DNA of 64,000 nt from an uncultured Bacilli bacterium (GTDB taxonomy: Bacteria > Bacillota_I > Bacilli_A > RF39 > UBA660). The notes below the pieces were generated by a model that saw only the letters and a list, made by a program, of their open reading frames with translations, made no database searches and had not been told where the DNA came from. This document shows, piece after piece, positions 1-9,913 of this stretch. A program made the translations under genes and the position numbers. Position 1 is the stretch's first letter. Each line of letters starts with the position of its first letter. Location of the stretch: NCBI GenBank assembly GCA_947624045.1, contig CANQIL010000005.1, positions 149 through 64,148 of the forward strand, written 5' to 3'.

Positions 1-1
1 T

Positions 2-784
2 AGTTTTTTAAAACAAAGTGGTGTTAATGTTGATAAGAGTTTAGAAATCTTTGGTGATATTGAAACCTATAATGATACGATAGGTGAATTTTTAATTAGT
101 ATTGAAGATAAGTTAACTAAATTAAAAGGATTTATGGATGCTAAAGATATGGCTAATTATGCTATTTATGTTCATTCATTAAAAAGTGATGCGAGAAATT
201 TTGGTTTTGAAGAGTTAGAACAAATTGCTCAAGAGCAAGAGATGAAAAGTAAAATGAATGATAGTTATTATATAATAGAAAACTTTGATAAATTAGCGCA
301 AGTTGTTTTAAAAACTAAAAATATTGTCAAAGCTTATATGAGTGATGTTGATAAATTAAGTACAGAAAAAATAGTTTCTAATACCGATGGTTATGATAGT
401 AAAACTATTTTAGTAGTAGATGACTCCAATATTATTAGAAACTTTGTTAAGAGAATATTTAGTGATGATTATGCCGTTGGTGTAGCAGAAGATGGGGCTG
501 AAGCTATTGATATAATTGAAAAAAATAAAAGTAATAACAATATTGTAGCGATACTACTTGATTTAAATATGCCTAAAGTAGATGGATTTAAAGTACTTGA
601 CTATATGCAAGAGAATAATCTATTTGAAAAAATACCAGTATCAATTATATCAGGAGATTCAACTAAAGAAACAATTGATAGAGCTTTTACTTATAAAATA
701 GTTGATATGCTTAGTAAGCCATTTAATAATGATGATGTTAAAAGAGTAGTTGAAAAAACCATTCTTTATCAAAATATGAAATAA
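2..784 (+). CDS. Hpt + receiver (REC) phosphorelay protein, 5'-truncated by the window edge
   Basis: The frame is open from position 2 into ORF 134..784. Hpt motif YVHSLKSDAR; REC motifs VVDDS, LLDLNMPKVDG and SKPF; no output domain. Confidence 0.8.
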   Translation, partial: SFLKQSGVNVDKSLEIFGDIETYNDTIGEFLISIEDKLTKLKGFMDAKDMANYAIYVHSLKSDARNFGFEELEQIAQEQEMKSKMNDSYYIIENFDKLAQVVLKTKNIVKAYMSDVDKLSTEKIVSNTDGYDSKTILVVDDSNIIRNFVKRIFSDDYAVGVAEDGAEAIDIIEKNKSNNNIVAILLDLNMPKVDGFKVLDYMQENNLFEKIPVSIISGDSTKETIDRAFTYKIVDMLSKPFNNDDVKRVVEKTILYQNMK

Positions 785-795
785 AATACCAGTAG

Positions 796-1128
796 TTATT
801 TAACTATTGGTATTTTTGTATTTAACTTTAGTTCTTTAGCAGTACCTAGAGGGAGAAAATAAATATTTTTAGTTTTAAACTTAAAAATATATTTTTCTGA
901 ACGGACATTTTCTAATAAAGAGATAATTATATTATTTTTATCAGTTAGAACAATATCAATATTTTGACATAGAAAATTAGTACTAATCCATCTCTTATTA
1001 GGAAAGTAAAGACCATAATCTATTTTTTCTAAAACAAATTTTAAGCCTTTAAAACGTTCTGAAAAACTAGTTAATTCATAAAGTTCTATTTTTTTATTTT
1101 TAATTTTTAAATACATAATAATCACCAA
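796..1128 (-). CDS. DUF192-like protein
   Basis: SFSERFKGL..GLYFP..IDIVLTDKN..I pattern typical of DUF192. Confidence 0.55.
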   Translation of the reverse strand: MVIIMYLKIKNKKIELYELTSFSERFKGLKFVLEKIDYGLYFPNKRWISTNFLCQNIDIVLTDKNNIIISLLENVRSEKYIFKFKTKNIYFLPLGTAKELKLNTKIPIVK

Positions 1129-1226
1129 TTAAAATATTAAAATAATTGTATCATATAATATTTTGAAAAGAAACTTTATAATCTTAAAAAAATATGATAT
1201 TATATAAAAAAAGAGGAGGTAGAAGT

Positions 1227-1949
1227 ATGAGTGGACATTCAAAATGGGCAACAATTCATCGTAAGAAAGGTTTATTAGATGCTGCGAGGGGAAAAGTTTT
1301 TCAAAAATTAGCTAAAGAAATCATGGTAGCAGCTAGAGCTGGAGGTCCTGATGTAAGTCAAAATGCATCACTTCGTTTAGCTGTAGATAAAGCTAAAGCG
1401 CAAAATATGCCTAAAGATAATATTCAAAAGGCTATTGAAAAAGCTAGTGGTGGAGTAGATGGCGCTAATTATGAATCAGTTAGATATGAGGGTTATGGTC
1501 ATGGTGGCGTAGCTTTTATGGTTGATTGCTTAACCGATAATCGAAATAGAACAGCTTCCCAAGTTAGAAGTGCTTTTACTAAAGCAGGTGGTAATTTAGG
1601 AACAGATGGTTCAGTAAGTTATATGTTTAATAGACTTGGCTCTATTGTGATACCTTCTGATTATGATGAAGATAGTATTATGTTAAGTGTTTTAGATGCG
1701 GGAGCTTCCGATTTTGAAAGAATTGAAAATACCTATATTATCACAACACCAGCTGATAGTTTTGTAAACGTTCGGGAAGCCTTAGAAAAAGAAGGCGTTA
1801 AAGAATTTTTAGAATGTGAGCTTACTTATGTACCAACAATGGAAGTTACTCTTGATGATGAGGGATGCGAGAAAGTTCATAAGTTAGTTGATGCTTTAGA
1901 AGACTTAGATGATGTTCAAGATGTATATTATAATTTAAAAGAAGATTAA
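1227..1949 (+). CDS. yebC: YebC/PmpR family regulator
   Basis: MSGHSKWATI, YEGYGHGGVA, LTDNRNRT, LEDLDDVQDVY; RBS AGGAGG upstream of ATG 1227. Confidence 0.95.
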   Translation: MSGHSKWATIHRKKGLLDAARGKVFQKLAKEIMVAARAGGPDVSQNASLRLAVDKAKAQNMPKDNIQKAIEKASGGVDGANYESVRYEGYGHGGVAFMVDCLTDNRNRTASQVRSAFTKAGGNLGTDGSVSYMFNRLGSIVIPSDYDEDSIMLSVLDAGASDFERIENTYIITTPADSFVNVREALEKEGVKEFLECELTYVPTMEVTLDDEGCEKVHKLVDALEDLDDVQDVYYNLKED

Positions 1950-1951
1950 GA

Positions 1952-1983
1952 TAAAAATTGCCACTATTTAGGCAGTTTTTTTG
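1952..1983 (+). terminator. Intrinsic terminator after yebC
   Basis: AAAAATTGCC-actattta-GGCAGTTTTT hairpin followed by a T run. Confidence 0.7.
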
Positions 1984-1998
1984 TTTGAAGCAAAAAAT

Positions 1999-2027
1999 TT
2001 GACAAACGAACGTAAGTATGATACTAT
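1999..2027 (+). promoter_or_regulatory. sigmaA promoter of ruvAB with a possible LexA (Cheo) box
   Basis: TTGACA-17bp-TACTAT. The spacer holds CGAAC-GTAA-GTATG (2007-2020), versus the Firmicute consensus CGAAC-N4-GTTCG. Confidence 0.55.
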
Positions 2028-2081
2028 GCTTTTAGAGATATTTGCTAAAAGAGAGTTAATGCTTTATAATATATAAATGGA

Positions 2082-2654
2082 GTGATTAAGATGTATGATT
2101 ATATAATTGGAAAAATTACTAATATTAAGAATAATGCTATTGTTTTAGAGAATAGTGGGATAGGCTATTTAGTGTATGTATCTAATCCTTATTCATTTGA
2201 AATAGGTAGTGAAGTAAAAGTTTATCTTTACCAACAAATTAAAGAAGATGAAAATTCTTTGTTTGGGTTTAAAACTAATGAAGAAAAAGAGTTATTTTTA
2301 AAGCTTATTAGTGTAAAGGGATTGGGTTGCAAAATGGCGCTTCCTATCTTAGCCGTTGGTTCTATTGAGGGAATAATGGATGCGATAGAAAGAGAAAATA
2401 TCTTATATTTAAAAAAATTTCCGAAAATTGGGGAGAAATTAGCTAAACAGATAATTCTTGATTTAAAAGGCAAACTTGAATTTATTGGTGTTGGTATTTC
2501 CGATGATGAAGTTGATACGCAAGAAGAGTTGAAAGAAGTATTAATAAATTTAGGTTATAAAGAAAAAGAAATAAAACCAGTATTAAATCAAGTTGATAAG
2601 TCTTTATCAATTGAAAATCAAGTAAAGGAAGCTTTAAAGTTATTATTAAAATAA
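2082..2654 (+). CDS. ruvA: Holliday junction branch migration protein RuvA
   Basis: MYDYIIG..GIGYLV..LFGF..LFLKLISVKGLG..LKKFPKIGEKLAKQIILDLKGK. Confidence 0.95.
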   Translation: MIKMYDYIIGKITNIKNNAIVLENSGIGYLVYVSNPYSFEIGSEVKVYLYQQIKEDENSLFGFKTNEEKELFLKLISVKGLGCKMALPILAVGSIEGIMDAIERENILYLKKFPKIGEKLAKQIILDLKGKLEFIGVGISDDEVDTQEELKEVLINLGYKEKEIKPVLNQVDKSLSIENQVKEALKLLLK

Positions 2655-2655
2655 T

Positions 2656-3036
2656 ATGAAAGTAATTAATCTAACTAATAAAAAGAAAGAATATATTTTT
2701 GAAGAAGTAGCTAATATGCTTACTGAGCTAAGTGAATATGAAATAAAGATATCTTTAAATAGAGAAAGTTTAAGAATAATATTTGAAGAAATTTATGGTA
2801 TGTATGAAAAAAATAATATTAGTATTGGCGAGTTTAGATTAGATATTTTAACTTACTTTAATGAAATAATGGCTAGTTGTTTAGAAGAGAATGAGGAATT
2901 TTCTTATGAATATGTGCTTGATGGTTTTAAGTACTTTCAAAGAATTTATTCACCTGTTGAAATAACTACTAAAGAAATGGCTAAGACTTTAAAGAAAACT
3001 AGAAAGAAATTAGGAGGAGTAGATAATGGAAAATGA
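2656..3036 (+). CDS. Hypothetical protein between ruvA and ruvB
   Basis: 126-aa ORF tightly packed between both neighbours; no recognised motif. Confidence 0.7.
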   Translation: MKVINLTNKKKEYIFEEVANMLTELSEYEIKISLNRESLRIIFEEIYGMYEKNNISIGEFRLDILTYFNEIMASCLEENEEFSYEYVLDGFKYFQRIYSPVEITTKEMAKTLKKTRKKLGGVDNGK

Positions 3037-4033
3037 GAGTGTTATAAAAAATTATGAATTAGTTGATGATAATATAATTGATAATACCATTAGGCCAGAG
3101 AGTATTGAAGAATATGTTGGTCAAAATGATGTTAAAGAAAATATAAAAGTATTTGTTGAAGCAGCCAAGATGCGTAATGAGCCTTTAGACCATGTATTAT
3201 TATATGGCCCTCCCGGATTGGGTAAGACAACTTTAGCTTTTATAATTGCGCATGAGTTGGGAACAAAAATAAAAACAGCCAGTGGACCTAGTATTGAAAA
3301 AAGTGGAGATTTAGCGGCTATTTTATCTACTCTTGACCCGGGCGATGTTTTATTTATCGATGAAATTCATAGAATGCCTCGTTATATAGAAGAAATTCTT
3401 TATCCAGCTATGGAAGATTTTTCTTTAGATATCATTATTGGTAGTGAAGGTAATAGCCGTAATATTAAAATAGACTTGCCACCTTTTACTTTAGTTGGTG
3501 CCACAACTAGAGCAGGAGATTTGTCTTCACCTTTACGAGACCGTTTTGGGATTATTTCTAAGCTACAATATTATACTATTGAGGAGTTAACGGCTATTAT
3601 CAAAAGAACATCACGAGTTTTAGATATGCCTATTTCCGATGAGGCAGCTTTAGAGCTTGCTAAAAGGAGTAGAGGAACACCACGTATTGCGAATAGACTT
3701 TTTAAGCGAGTTAGAGATTTTGCTATGGTAAAAAAATTAAAAGAGATTGATTTAGAAACAACTAGTGAAGCCTTAGACCGCCTTAAAATAGATAAAATAG
3801 GTTTAGATAATACTGATCATGAATTACTACTTGCCATCATTAATAAATTTAATGGTGGACCAGTTGGTATTGAAGCTATTAGTAGTTCCATAGGAGAAGA
3901 AGTTACAACTATCGAAGATGTATATGAGCCATACTTACTTCAAGCAGGTCTTTTAAAAAGAACAGCGCGGGGTAGAGTTGTGACTGATAAAGCTTATGAA
4001 GTATTAGGAATAAGCAAAGTTAAAAAGGAATGA
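3026..4033 (+). CDS. ruvB: Holliday junction helicase RuvB
   Basis: [45 protein letters not shown]. Confidence 0.97.
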   Translation: MENESVIKNYELVDDNIIDNTIRPESIEEYVGQNDVKENIKVFVEAAKMRNEPLDHVLLYGPPGLGKTTLAFIIAHELGTKIKTASGPSIEKSGDLAAILSTLDPGDVLFIDEIHRMPRYIEEILYPAMEDFSLDIIIGSEGNSRNIKIDLPPFTLVGATTRAGDLSSPLRDRFGIISKLQYYTIEELTAIIKRTSRVLDMPISDEAALELAKRSRGTPRIANRLFKRVRDFAMVKKLKEIDLETTSEALDRLKIDKIGLDNTDHELLLAIINKFNGGPVGIEAISSSIGEEVTTIEDVYEPYLLQAGLLKRTARGRVVTDKAYEVLGISKVKKE

Positions 4034-4037
4034 TTTT

Positions 4038-5063
4038 ATGACATTAGATGATTTTGATTATGAATTAGATGAAAAACTTATTGCTCAGAGTCCTCTTTTA
4101 AAAAGAGATACTTCTAAGTTAATGGTTTTGGATAGAAAAACAGGAGAGATAGAACATAAGAAATTTACGAATATTTTAGATTATTTAGAAAAAGGAGATA
4201 CTTTAGTACTTAATGATACTAAGGTATTACCAGCCAGATTAATTGGGGAAAAGGAAGAAACTAAAGCTATTATTGAAGTGTTACTTTTACATAATATAGA
4301 AAATGATGTTTGGGAATGTCTTGTTAAACCAGCTAGACGTATTAAAGAAGGAACGGTTGTTTCTTTTGGAAATGGTAAATTAAAGGCTAAATGTTTAGAA
4401 GAAAAAGCTGAGGGTATTAGAATATTTGACTTTTCTTATGAAGGCATTTTTCTAGAAATATTAGAAGAGTTAGGTACTATGCCTTTACCGCCTTATATTC
4501 ATGAGCAATTGCAAGACCAAAGTAGATATCAAACAGTATATGCAAGAGAAGTAGGTAGTGCAGCTGCACCTACGGCAGGATTACATTTTACGGAAGAGTT
4601 ACTAGAAAAAATAAAAGCAAAGGGCGTAAATATTGTCTATATTACTTTACATGTTGGCTTAGGAACATTTAGGCCTGTAAATGTTTCTAAGATAGAAGAA
4701 CATAAGATGCATAGCGAATACTATCATATGACAAAAGAAGTAGCAGATACTTTAACAAAGACAAGACAGAATAAGAAGAAAATTATTGCAGTTGGGACTA
4801 CTTCAACTAGAACATTAGAAACAATAATGGCTAAATATAATGAGTTTAGAGAGTGTAGTGGTTATACTGATATTTTTATCTATCCACCATATGAGTTTAA
4901 GGGAATTGACGCTTTAATTACCAATTTCCATTTACCTAAATCAACTCTTTTAATGTTGGTATCGGCTTTTAGTAGCAGAGAGTTTATCTTAAACGCTTAT
5001 AATGAAGCTATTAAAAATAATTATCGATTCTTCTCTTTTGGAGATGCAATGTTCTTAAAATAA
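4038..5063 (+). CDS. queA: SAM:tRNA ribosyltransferase-isomerase
   Basis: [52 protein letters not shown]. Confidence 0.97.
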   Translation: MTLDDFDYELDEKLIAQSPLLKRDTSKLMVLDRKTGEIEHKKFTNILDYLEKGDTLVLNDTKVLPARLIGEKEETKAIIEVLLLHNIENDVWECLVKPARRIKEGTVVSFGNGKLKAKCLEEKAEGIRIFDFSYEGIFLEILEELGTMPLPPYIHEQLQDQSRYQTVYAREVGSAAAPTAGLHFTEELLEKIKAKGVNIVYITLHVGLGTFRPVNVSKIEEHKMHSEYYHMTKEVADTLTKTRQNKKKIIAVGTTSTRTLETIMAKYNEFRECSGYTDIFIYPPYEFKGIDALITNFHLPKSTLLMLVSAFSSREFILNAYNEAIKNNYRFFSFGDAMFLK

Positions 5064-5076
5064 AAATATAGGAAGT

Positions 5077-5310
5077 CTAAATTTTTCTTCCTATATTTTC
5101 TGTATTAATTTCATCATTTGTATTTTTATTTTTAAAGATTATTTTGTAGTCACAAGCTGTGGCTATTTTTTCTATTATTTCAAAGGTTGGTTGAATTTTG
5201 CCTGTTTCATATTGTGATATAGTGTTTTGAGGGATATTAGTCATTTCAGATATTTCATTTTGCATTAATCTTTTATTCTTCCTCATTGCTTTTAAGATTT
5301 GCCCAATCAT
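5077..5310 (-). CDS. XRE/Cro HTH repressor (cassette 1)
   Basis: LKAMRKNKRLMQNEISEMTNIPQNTISQYETG HTH_3 pattern; divergent from the gene at 5433. Confidence 0.9.
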   Translation of the reverse strand: MIGQILKAMRKNKRLMQNEISEMTNIPQNTISQYETGKIQPTFEIIEKIATACDYKIIFKNKNTNDEINTENIGRKI

Positions 5311-5354
5311 TTTACATCACCAAAAGAATTATCTCATTTTTAAAGTGAAAATTC

Positions 5355-5411
5355 TTGAAATATCTGTAATACAGATATATAATTAAATTAATAATATCTG
5401 TTTAACAGATA
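5355..5411 (+). promoter_or_regulatory. Promoter plus two palindromic operators (cassette 1)
   Basis: TTGAAA(5355)-17bp-TATAAT(5378). The spacer is the palindrome TATCTGT-AAT-ACAGATA; a second copy TATCTGT-TTA-ACAGATA lies at 5395-5411. Confidence 0.8.
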
Positions 5412-5432
5412 AGTAAATTGGTTGGTGGTTAT

Positions 5433-7451
5433 ATGAATAGTAGAAAAACTAAATTAATTATAATAGCTTGTCTATGTGTGGCAGTACTTGGTTTATCAAT
5501 TGGCTATGCTTTATTATCAACAAGATTAAATATAACAGGTACCGCTAAAGTACCAGCTAATATGTGGAACGTAGTATTTTTAAAAAAAGATGTTATTATA
5601 ACTCCAACAGGTATGGCAAAATGTAGTTTAGGAAATATTGAAGGAACTAGTATTTCCGGAATGAGTGTAGAATTTACTAAACCAGGTGATGCTTGTACTT
5701 TTAGTATTCCTGTAGAAAATACAGGTAACATTTCCGCAAAATTAGTTGATGTTACAGGAAAAAGTTCTAATTTAACATTTGTAGGTAGTGGTAAGACTGC
5801 TTTAAGTGATCAAGATTTATTAAAAAGTAATGTAGTATATGAGGTCAATTATGGTAAAACAGCTATTAATGGAAATACTGATTTTTCAAGTATTGACTTA
5901 TTAAAAGCAACCACTAAAGAAACAGTAACTTTAAGAGTAACCTTTAATCATGATGCCGAGGATATTCCTAAAAATCCTGTAACAATAGGAGGTTTAGATA
6001 GAGGTTTTATCTTTGAAAGTTTAACCCAAGAAGAAAGCGAAGGACAAAGTGGATCAAGCTTAGATAATATACCAAATCCGCCTGAGTTAAATGGAGATAT
6101 GATACCAGTCTATTATGAAGCAACTAGTGATACAGAAGGCACATGGAAGAAAGCTGATATAAATAATGAAAATAATAATTGGTATGATTATAGTGAACAA
6201 AAGTGGGCTAATGCCGTAACAGTTACTTCTGATATAAGAGAAGAAATAAAAAAAGCTCCTGTTGGAACACCAATTGATATGAATAATATAAACACAATGT
6301 GGGTGTGGATACCAAGATATTCTTATACGATAAAAAGCGAAGATGGTGAAAATTATTATGGAAAAGCTAGTTTTGGAAACACTAATCCAACTCAGGTTTT
6401 GCCTGGTGAAATAGATGTAAAGTTTGTATCAAAAGTAACAGAAACGGGAACAGCTCAATATACAGGAAGTAATCCAACAAATTGGCGAACCAATGAAGCC
6501 TTTGATTTTGGAGGTGAAAAGAAAAGTGGAATATGGGTCGGTAAATTTGAAATAACAGGCAATTTATCAACATCAACAGAAGTTCAAGCATGTACAAATG
6601 AAACATGTGATGTAAGTAAAGTAACTATAAAACCAGATGCATCCTCTTTAAAAAATCAAACAGTAAGTAGCTTTTTCTATATGGCAAGAAGTATGCAAGT
6701 AAGTTATGATGATACCTATGGATTTAATGCAACTAGTGGTGATTTACACATGATAAAAAATGATGAATGGGGAGCCGTTGCCTACTTATCGCAAAGTAAG
6801 TATGGCAAATATGGTAACAGTGATTATACTGGAATCAATAAAGAAATATACATAAATAATCATATAAGTAAGACCGGCTATAGTGGAGGAAATCCCAATG
6901 CAAGTGAAAATGATGCGAAGTATGTATATAATGACATGACTAACTTAGAAACAGGACAAGGCCAAGCCGGCCCAGGCGCTTCAACAACTGGAAACATATA
7001 TGGATTATATGATATGAGTGGAGGGGCCTATGAATATGTAATGGGTGTTTTAGAGTACGATGCTCAAGGAATGAAAGATAATGAAGAAAAAATCGCAACA
7101 GGATCATCAGGATTTAAAGGCTTAAGTAGTAGTGGAAGTTTAATAGGAAAATATGATTTGCCAAATGAGAAATACTATAATAAATACAAAAGTGCTAATC
7201 CAACATCAAGTACTTGGTCATCAGCTAAACCAGAATCAGCTTGTAACGGTGGAATCTGTTATGGGCATGCTTTATCAGAAACTTCAAGTTGGTACGGTGA
7301 TTCTGCACATTTTATTTACCGTAGTTCTTCGTGGTTTGTACGCGGCGGCTCTTGTAGTTCTATCACGAGTGCAGGAATTTTCTACACGTATAACGTGAAT
7401 GGCAATTCCAACAACAACACTCGCTCTTGCCGTTTGGTTTTCACTCCATAA
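5433..7451 (+). CDS. Secreted TasA/camelysin-like + FGE-sulfatase/CLec protein with DGR-type variable C-terminus (copy 1)
   Basis: Signal/TM MNSRKTKLIIIACLCVAVLGLSIGYA; KPGD..F..PVENTG; CLec motif GNIYGLYDMSGGAYEY; VR-like tail WFVRGG..AGIF..NGNSNNN..CRLV. Confidence 0.8.
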   Translation: MNSRKTKLIIIACLCVAVLGLSIGYALLSTRLNITGTAKVPANMWNVVFLKKDVIITPTGMAKCSLGNIEGTSISGMSVEFTKPGDACTFSIPVENTGNISAKLVDVTGKSSNLTFVGSGKTALSDQDLLKSNVVYEVNYGKTAINGNTDFSSIDLLKATTKETVTLRVTFNHDAEDIPKNPVTIGGLDRGFIFESLTQEESEGQSGSSLDNIPNPPELNGDMIPVYYEATSDTEGTWKKADINNENNNWYDYSEQKWANAVTVTSDIREEIKKAPVGTPIDMNNINTMWVWIPRYSYTIKSEDGENYYGKASFGNTNPTQVLPGEIDVKFVSKVTETGTAQYTGSNPTNWRTNEAFDFGGEKKSGIWVGKFEITGNLSTSTEVQACTNETCDVSKVTIKPDASSLKNQTVSSFFYMARSMQVSYDDTYGFNATSGDLHMIKNDEWGAVAYLSQSKYGKYGNSDYTGINKEIYINNHISKTGYSGGNPNASENDAKYVYNDMTNLETGQGQAGPGASTTGNIYGLYDMSGGAYEYVMGVLEYDAQGMKDNEEKIATGSSGFKGLSSSGSLIGKYDLPNEKYYNKYKSANPTSSTWSSAKPESACNGGICYGHALSETSSWYGDSAHFIYRSSSWFVRGGSCSSITSAGIFYTYNVNGNSNNNTRSCRLVFTP

Positions 7452-7454
7452 TAA

Positions 7455-7475
7455 AACAGCAATTTTTTTGCTGTT
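7455..7475. terminator. Hairpin just after the copy-1 stop (bidirectional terminator, or DGR-type downstream hairpin)
   Basis: AACAGCAA-ttttt-TTGCTGTT between convergent genes. Confidence 0.6.
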
Positions 7476-7477
7476 AG

Positions 7478-7711
7478 TTAATTATTATCCTTAACGATTG
7501 ATTTTGGATATGGTTTTCTTTCATCGGTTCTATATAGTAAATAATCAACACTAGTATGATAAAAATCTGCTAGTTTTTTTAATGTATCAATAGGTATACT
7601 AATTTTTTCTAATTCATATTTACTATAATTAGATTGATCTATATTTAGATATTTAGCTATATCTTTTTGATATAAATCTTTATCTTCTCTTAATTCTTTT
7701 AATCTATTCAT
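7478..7711 (-). CDS. XRE HTH repressor (cassette 2)
   Basis: MNRLKELREDKDLYQKDIAKYLNIDQSNYSKYE..LADFYHTSVDYLL. Confidence 0.92.
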   Translation of the reverse strand: MNRLKELREDKDLYQKDIAKYLNIDQSNYSKYELEKISIPIDTLKKLADFYHTSVDYLLYRTDERKPYPKSIVKDNN

Positions 7712-7756
7712 ATTATCACGACCTAAATTACTTTTATCATAGTTATAAAATAACTA

Positions 7757-7813
7757 TTGACATATAGGCAGATTTTACCTATAATATTTTTTAAATAGGT
7801 AATATATACCTAT
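7757..7813 (+). promoter_or_regulatory. Promoter plus two palindromic operators (cassette 2)
   Basis: Perfect TTGACA-17bp-TATAAT; operators ATAGGCA-GATTT-TACCTAT (7764-7782) and ATAGGTA-ATATA-TACCTAT (7795-7813). Confidence 0.82.
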
Positions 7814-7843
7814 AGGATTAGAACGATTTTTAAAGAGGTAAAT

Positions 7844-9838
7844 ATGAATAATAGAAAAACTAAATTAATTATAATAGCTTGTCTTTGTGTAGCAGTATTA
7901 GGGTTATCTATTGGATATGCCTTGCTTTCAGCTAGTTTAAAGATAAATGGTACAGCTAAAGTAGAAGCTAAATGGGACGTAGTCTTTTTAGAAAATGAAA
8001 TTGATACTGTTCCTACTGGTACAGCAGAGTGTAATATAGGTACTGTTACTGGTACTTCGATTGAAGGCATGAGTGTTGTTTTTAATAAGCCGGGTGATTC
8101 TTGTACTTTTACAGTGCCTGTTAAAAATATAGGTACAATTCCTGCTAGATTAGTAGATGTAACAGGCAAGAGTTCTAATTTAACATTTTTGGGTAAATCA
8201 GCTGATCAAGATATTCTAAGAAGTAATGTAACATATGAAGTAAATTATGGAACAACTCAAATAAAAGGTACAACTGATTTTTCTACTATTCCTGTCTTGA
8301 ATGAAAAGGCAAAAGAAACAGTAACATTAAAGGCAACATTTTTAAATTCGTCTACGGAAATGCCAACAGGAGAAGTAATAATAGGCGGATTAGACAGAGC
8401 TTTTATTTATGAAAGTAACATAAATGGAGAGACTAGTGGTTCAATTACTCCAGTAGTAGATAATATTCCTAATCCACCTGAATTAAACGGTGATATGATA
8501 CCAGTTTATTATGAAAAAATAACTGATAAAACAGGTAATTGGAAGAAAGCCGATATAAATAATGAAAATAATAATTGGTATGATTATAGTAAACAACAAT
8601 GGGCTAATGCTGTAACTATTGTTTCTGATAAACGTGATGAGATAAAGCAGGCAGGAGTAGGTACTTCAATTGATATAAATTATATAAATACCATGTGGGT
8701 ATGGATACCAAGATACTCATATACAATAAAAAGCGAAGATGGAGAAAATTATTTTGGTAAAGCTAGTTTTGGTAACGATAATCCAACTCAAGCTTTGCCT
8801 GGCGAAATAGATGTCAAGTTTATTTCTAAAGTAACGGAAACAGGAACTGCTCAATATACAGGAATTACACCAACCAATTGGCGTACCAACGAAGCATTTG
8901 ACTTTGGAGGAGAAAAGAAAAATGGAATATGGGTCGGAAAATTTGAAACAACTGGTAGTTTAGAAGGAGGTGGTCAAGCCTGTGTAGATGAGACATGTAT
9001 TGTAAGTAATGTAACAATAAAACCTGGAGTAGAATCCTTAAGGAGTCAAACAGTAAGCAGTTTCTTTTATGCAGCAAGAAGTATGCAAAAAGATACCTCA
9101 ACTTTCGGATTTAGTGCAAAAAGTGGCGACTTACATATGATGAAAAATGATGAGTGGGGAGCAGTAGCCTATCTTTCTCAAAGTAAATATGGAAAATATG
9201 GAAATAGTGATTATACAGGAGTAAATAAAGAAATATACATAAATAACGATAGTGGTTATATAACAGGACACAGTGGAGGAAGCCCAAGTGCAAGTAGTTC
9301 ATCAACAAATTATGCCTACAATGATATGACTAATTTAGGTGAAGGACAAGGGCAAGTTGGACCTGGAGCTTCTACTACAGGAAACATTTACGGAATATAT
9401 GATATGAGTGGAGGTTCTTTTGAATATGTAATGGGTACGCTAGAATATGATGAACAAGGAATAGAAAAACATAATGGGCAAATCGCGACAGGTTTATCAG
9501 GATTTAAAGGTCTAGATAAAAATGAAAGTACAACAGGAAACTATGACTTGCCTAATGCTAAATATTATAATAAATATAAAAGTGCTAATCCAACATCGAA
9601 TAATTGGACATTAGCTAAACCTGAATCAGCCTGTAATGGTAGAATATGTTATGGACATAATTTAAGTGAAACGTCAAATTGGTATAATGATACTAGTATC
9701 TTTGCTAACTACGATAAGCCATGGTTCAGACGTGGTAGTGGCTATAATCAAACTACTGGTGCAGGAATTTTTTACATTTCTGTCCATACTGGTGGTTCAG
9801 ACAATTTTAGCCCTTGTAGATTAGTTTTAACACCATAA
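7844..9838 (+). CDS. Secreted TasA-like + CLec protein (copy 2)
   Basis: Paralog of the 5433 gene; GNIYGIYDMSGGSFEY; tail WFRRGS..AGIF..CRLVLTP. Confidence 0.8.
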   Translation: MNNRKTKLIIIACLCVAVLGLSIGYALLSASLKINGTAKVEAKWDVVFLENEIDTVPTGTAECNIGTVTGTSIEGMSVVFNKPGDSCTFTVPVKNIGTIPARLVDVTGKSSNLTFLGKSADQDILRSNVTYEVNYGTTQIKGTTDFSTIPVLNEKAKETVTLKATFLNSSTEMPTGEVIIGGLDRAFIYESNINGETSGSITPVVDNIPNPPELNGDMIPVYYEKITDKTGNWKKADINNENNNWYDYSKQQWANAVTIVSDKRDEIKQAGVGTSIDINYINTMWVWIPRYSYTIKSEDGENYFGKASFGNDNPTQALPGEIDVKFISKVTETGTAQYTGITPTNWRTNEAFDFGGEKKNGIWVGKFETTGSLEGGGQACVDETCIVSNVTIKPGVESLRSQTVSSFFYAARSMQKDTSTFGFSAKSGDLHMMKNDEWGAVAYLSQSKYGKYGNSDYTGVNKEIYINNDSGYITGHSGGSPSASSSSTNYAYNDMTNLGEGQGQVGPGASTTGNIYGIYDMSGGSFEYVMGTLEYDEQGIEKHNGQIATGLSGFKGLDKNESTTGNYDLPNAKYYNKYKSANPTSNNWTLAKPESACNGRICYGHNLSETSNWYNDTSIFANYDKPWFRRGSGYNQTTGAGIFYISVHTGGSDNFSPCRLVLTP

Positions 9839-9913
9839 TATTTATCTTGCCTGTCTTTTCATAAAATGCTATAATTCTTTATGTAAATATAAGAATAAAG
9901 GGAGTTATGCTTT

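Noticed and set aside
9862-9890. Second dif-like site (..GCTATAA-ttct-TTATGTAAAT)
   Set aside because: The spacer is 4 bp rather than 6 and the left arm is poor; it is better explained as the ATPase promoter -10 region.
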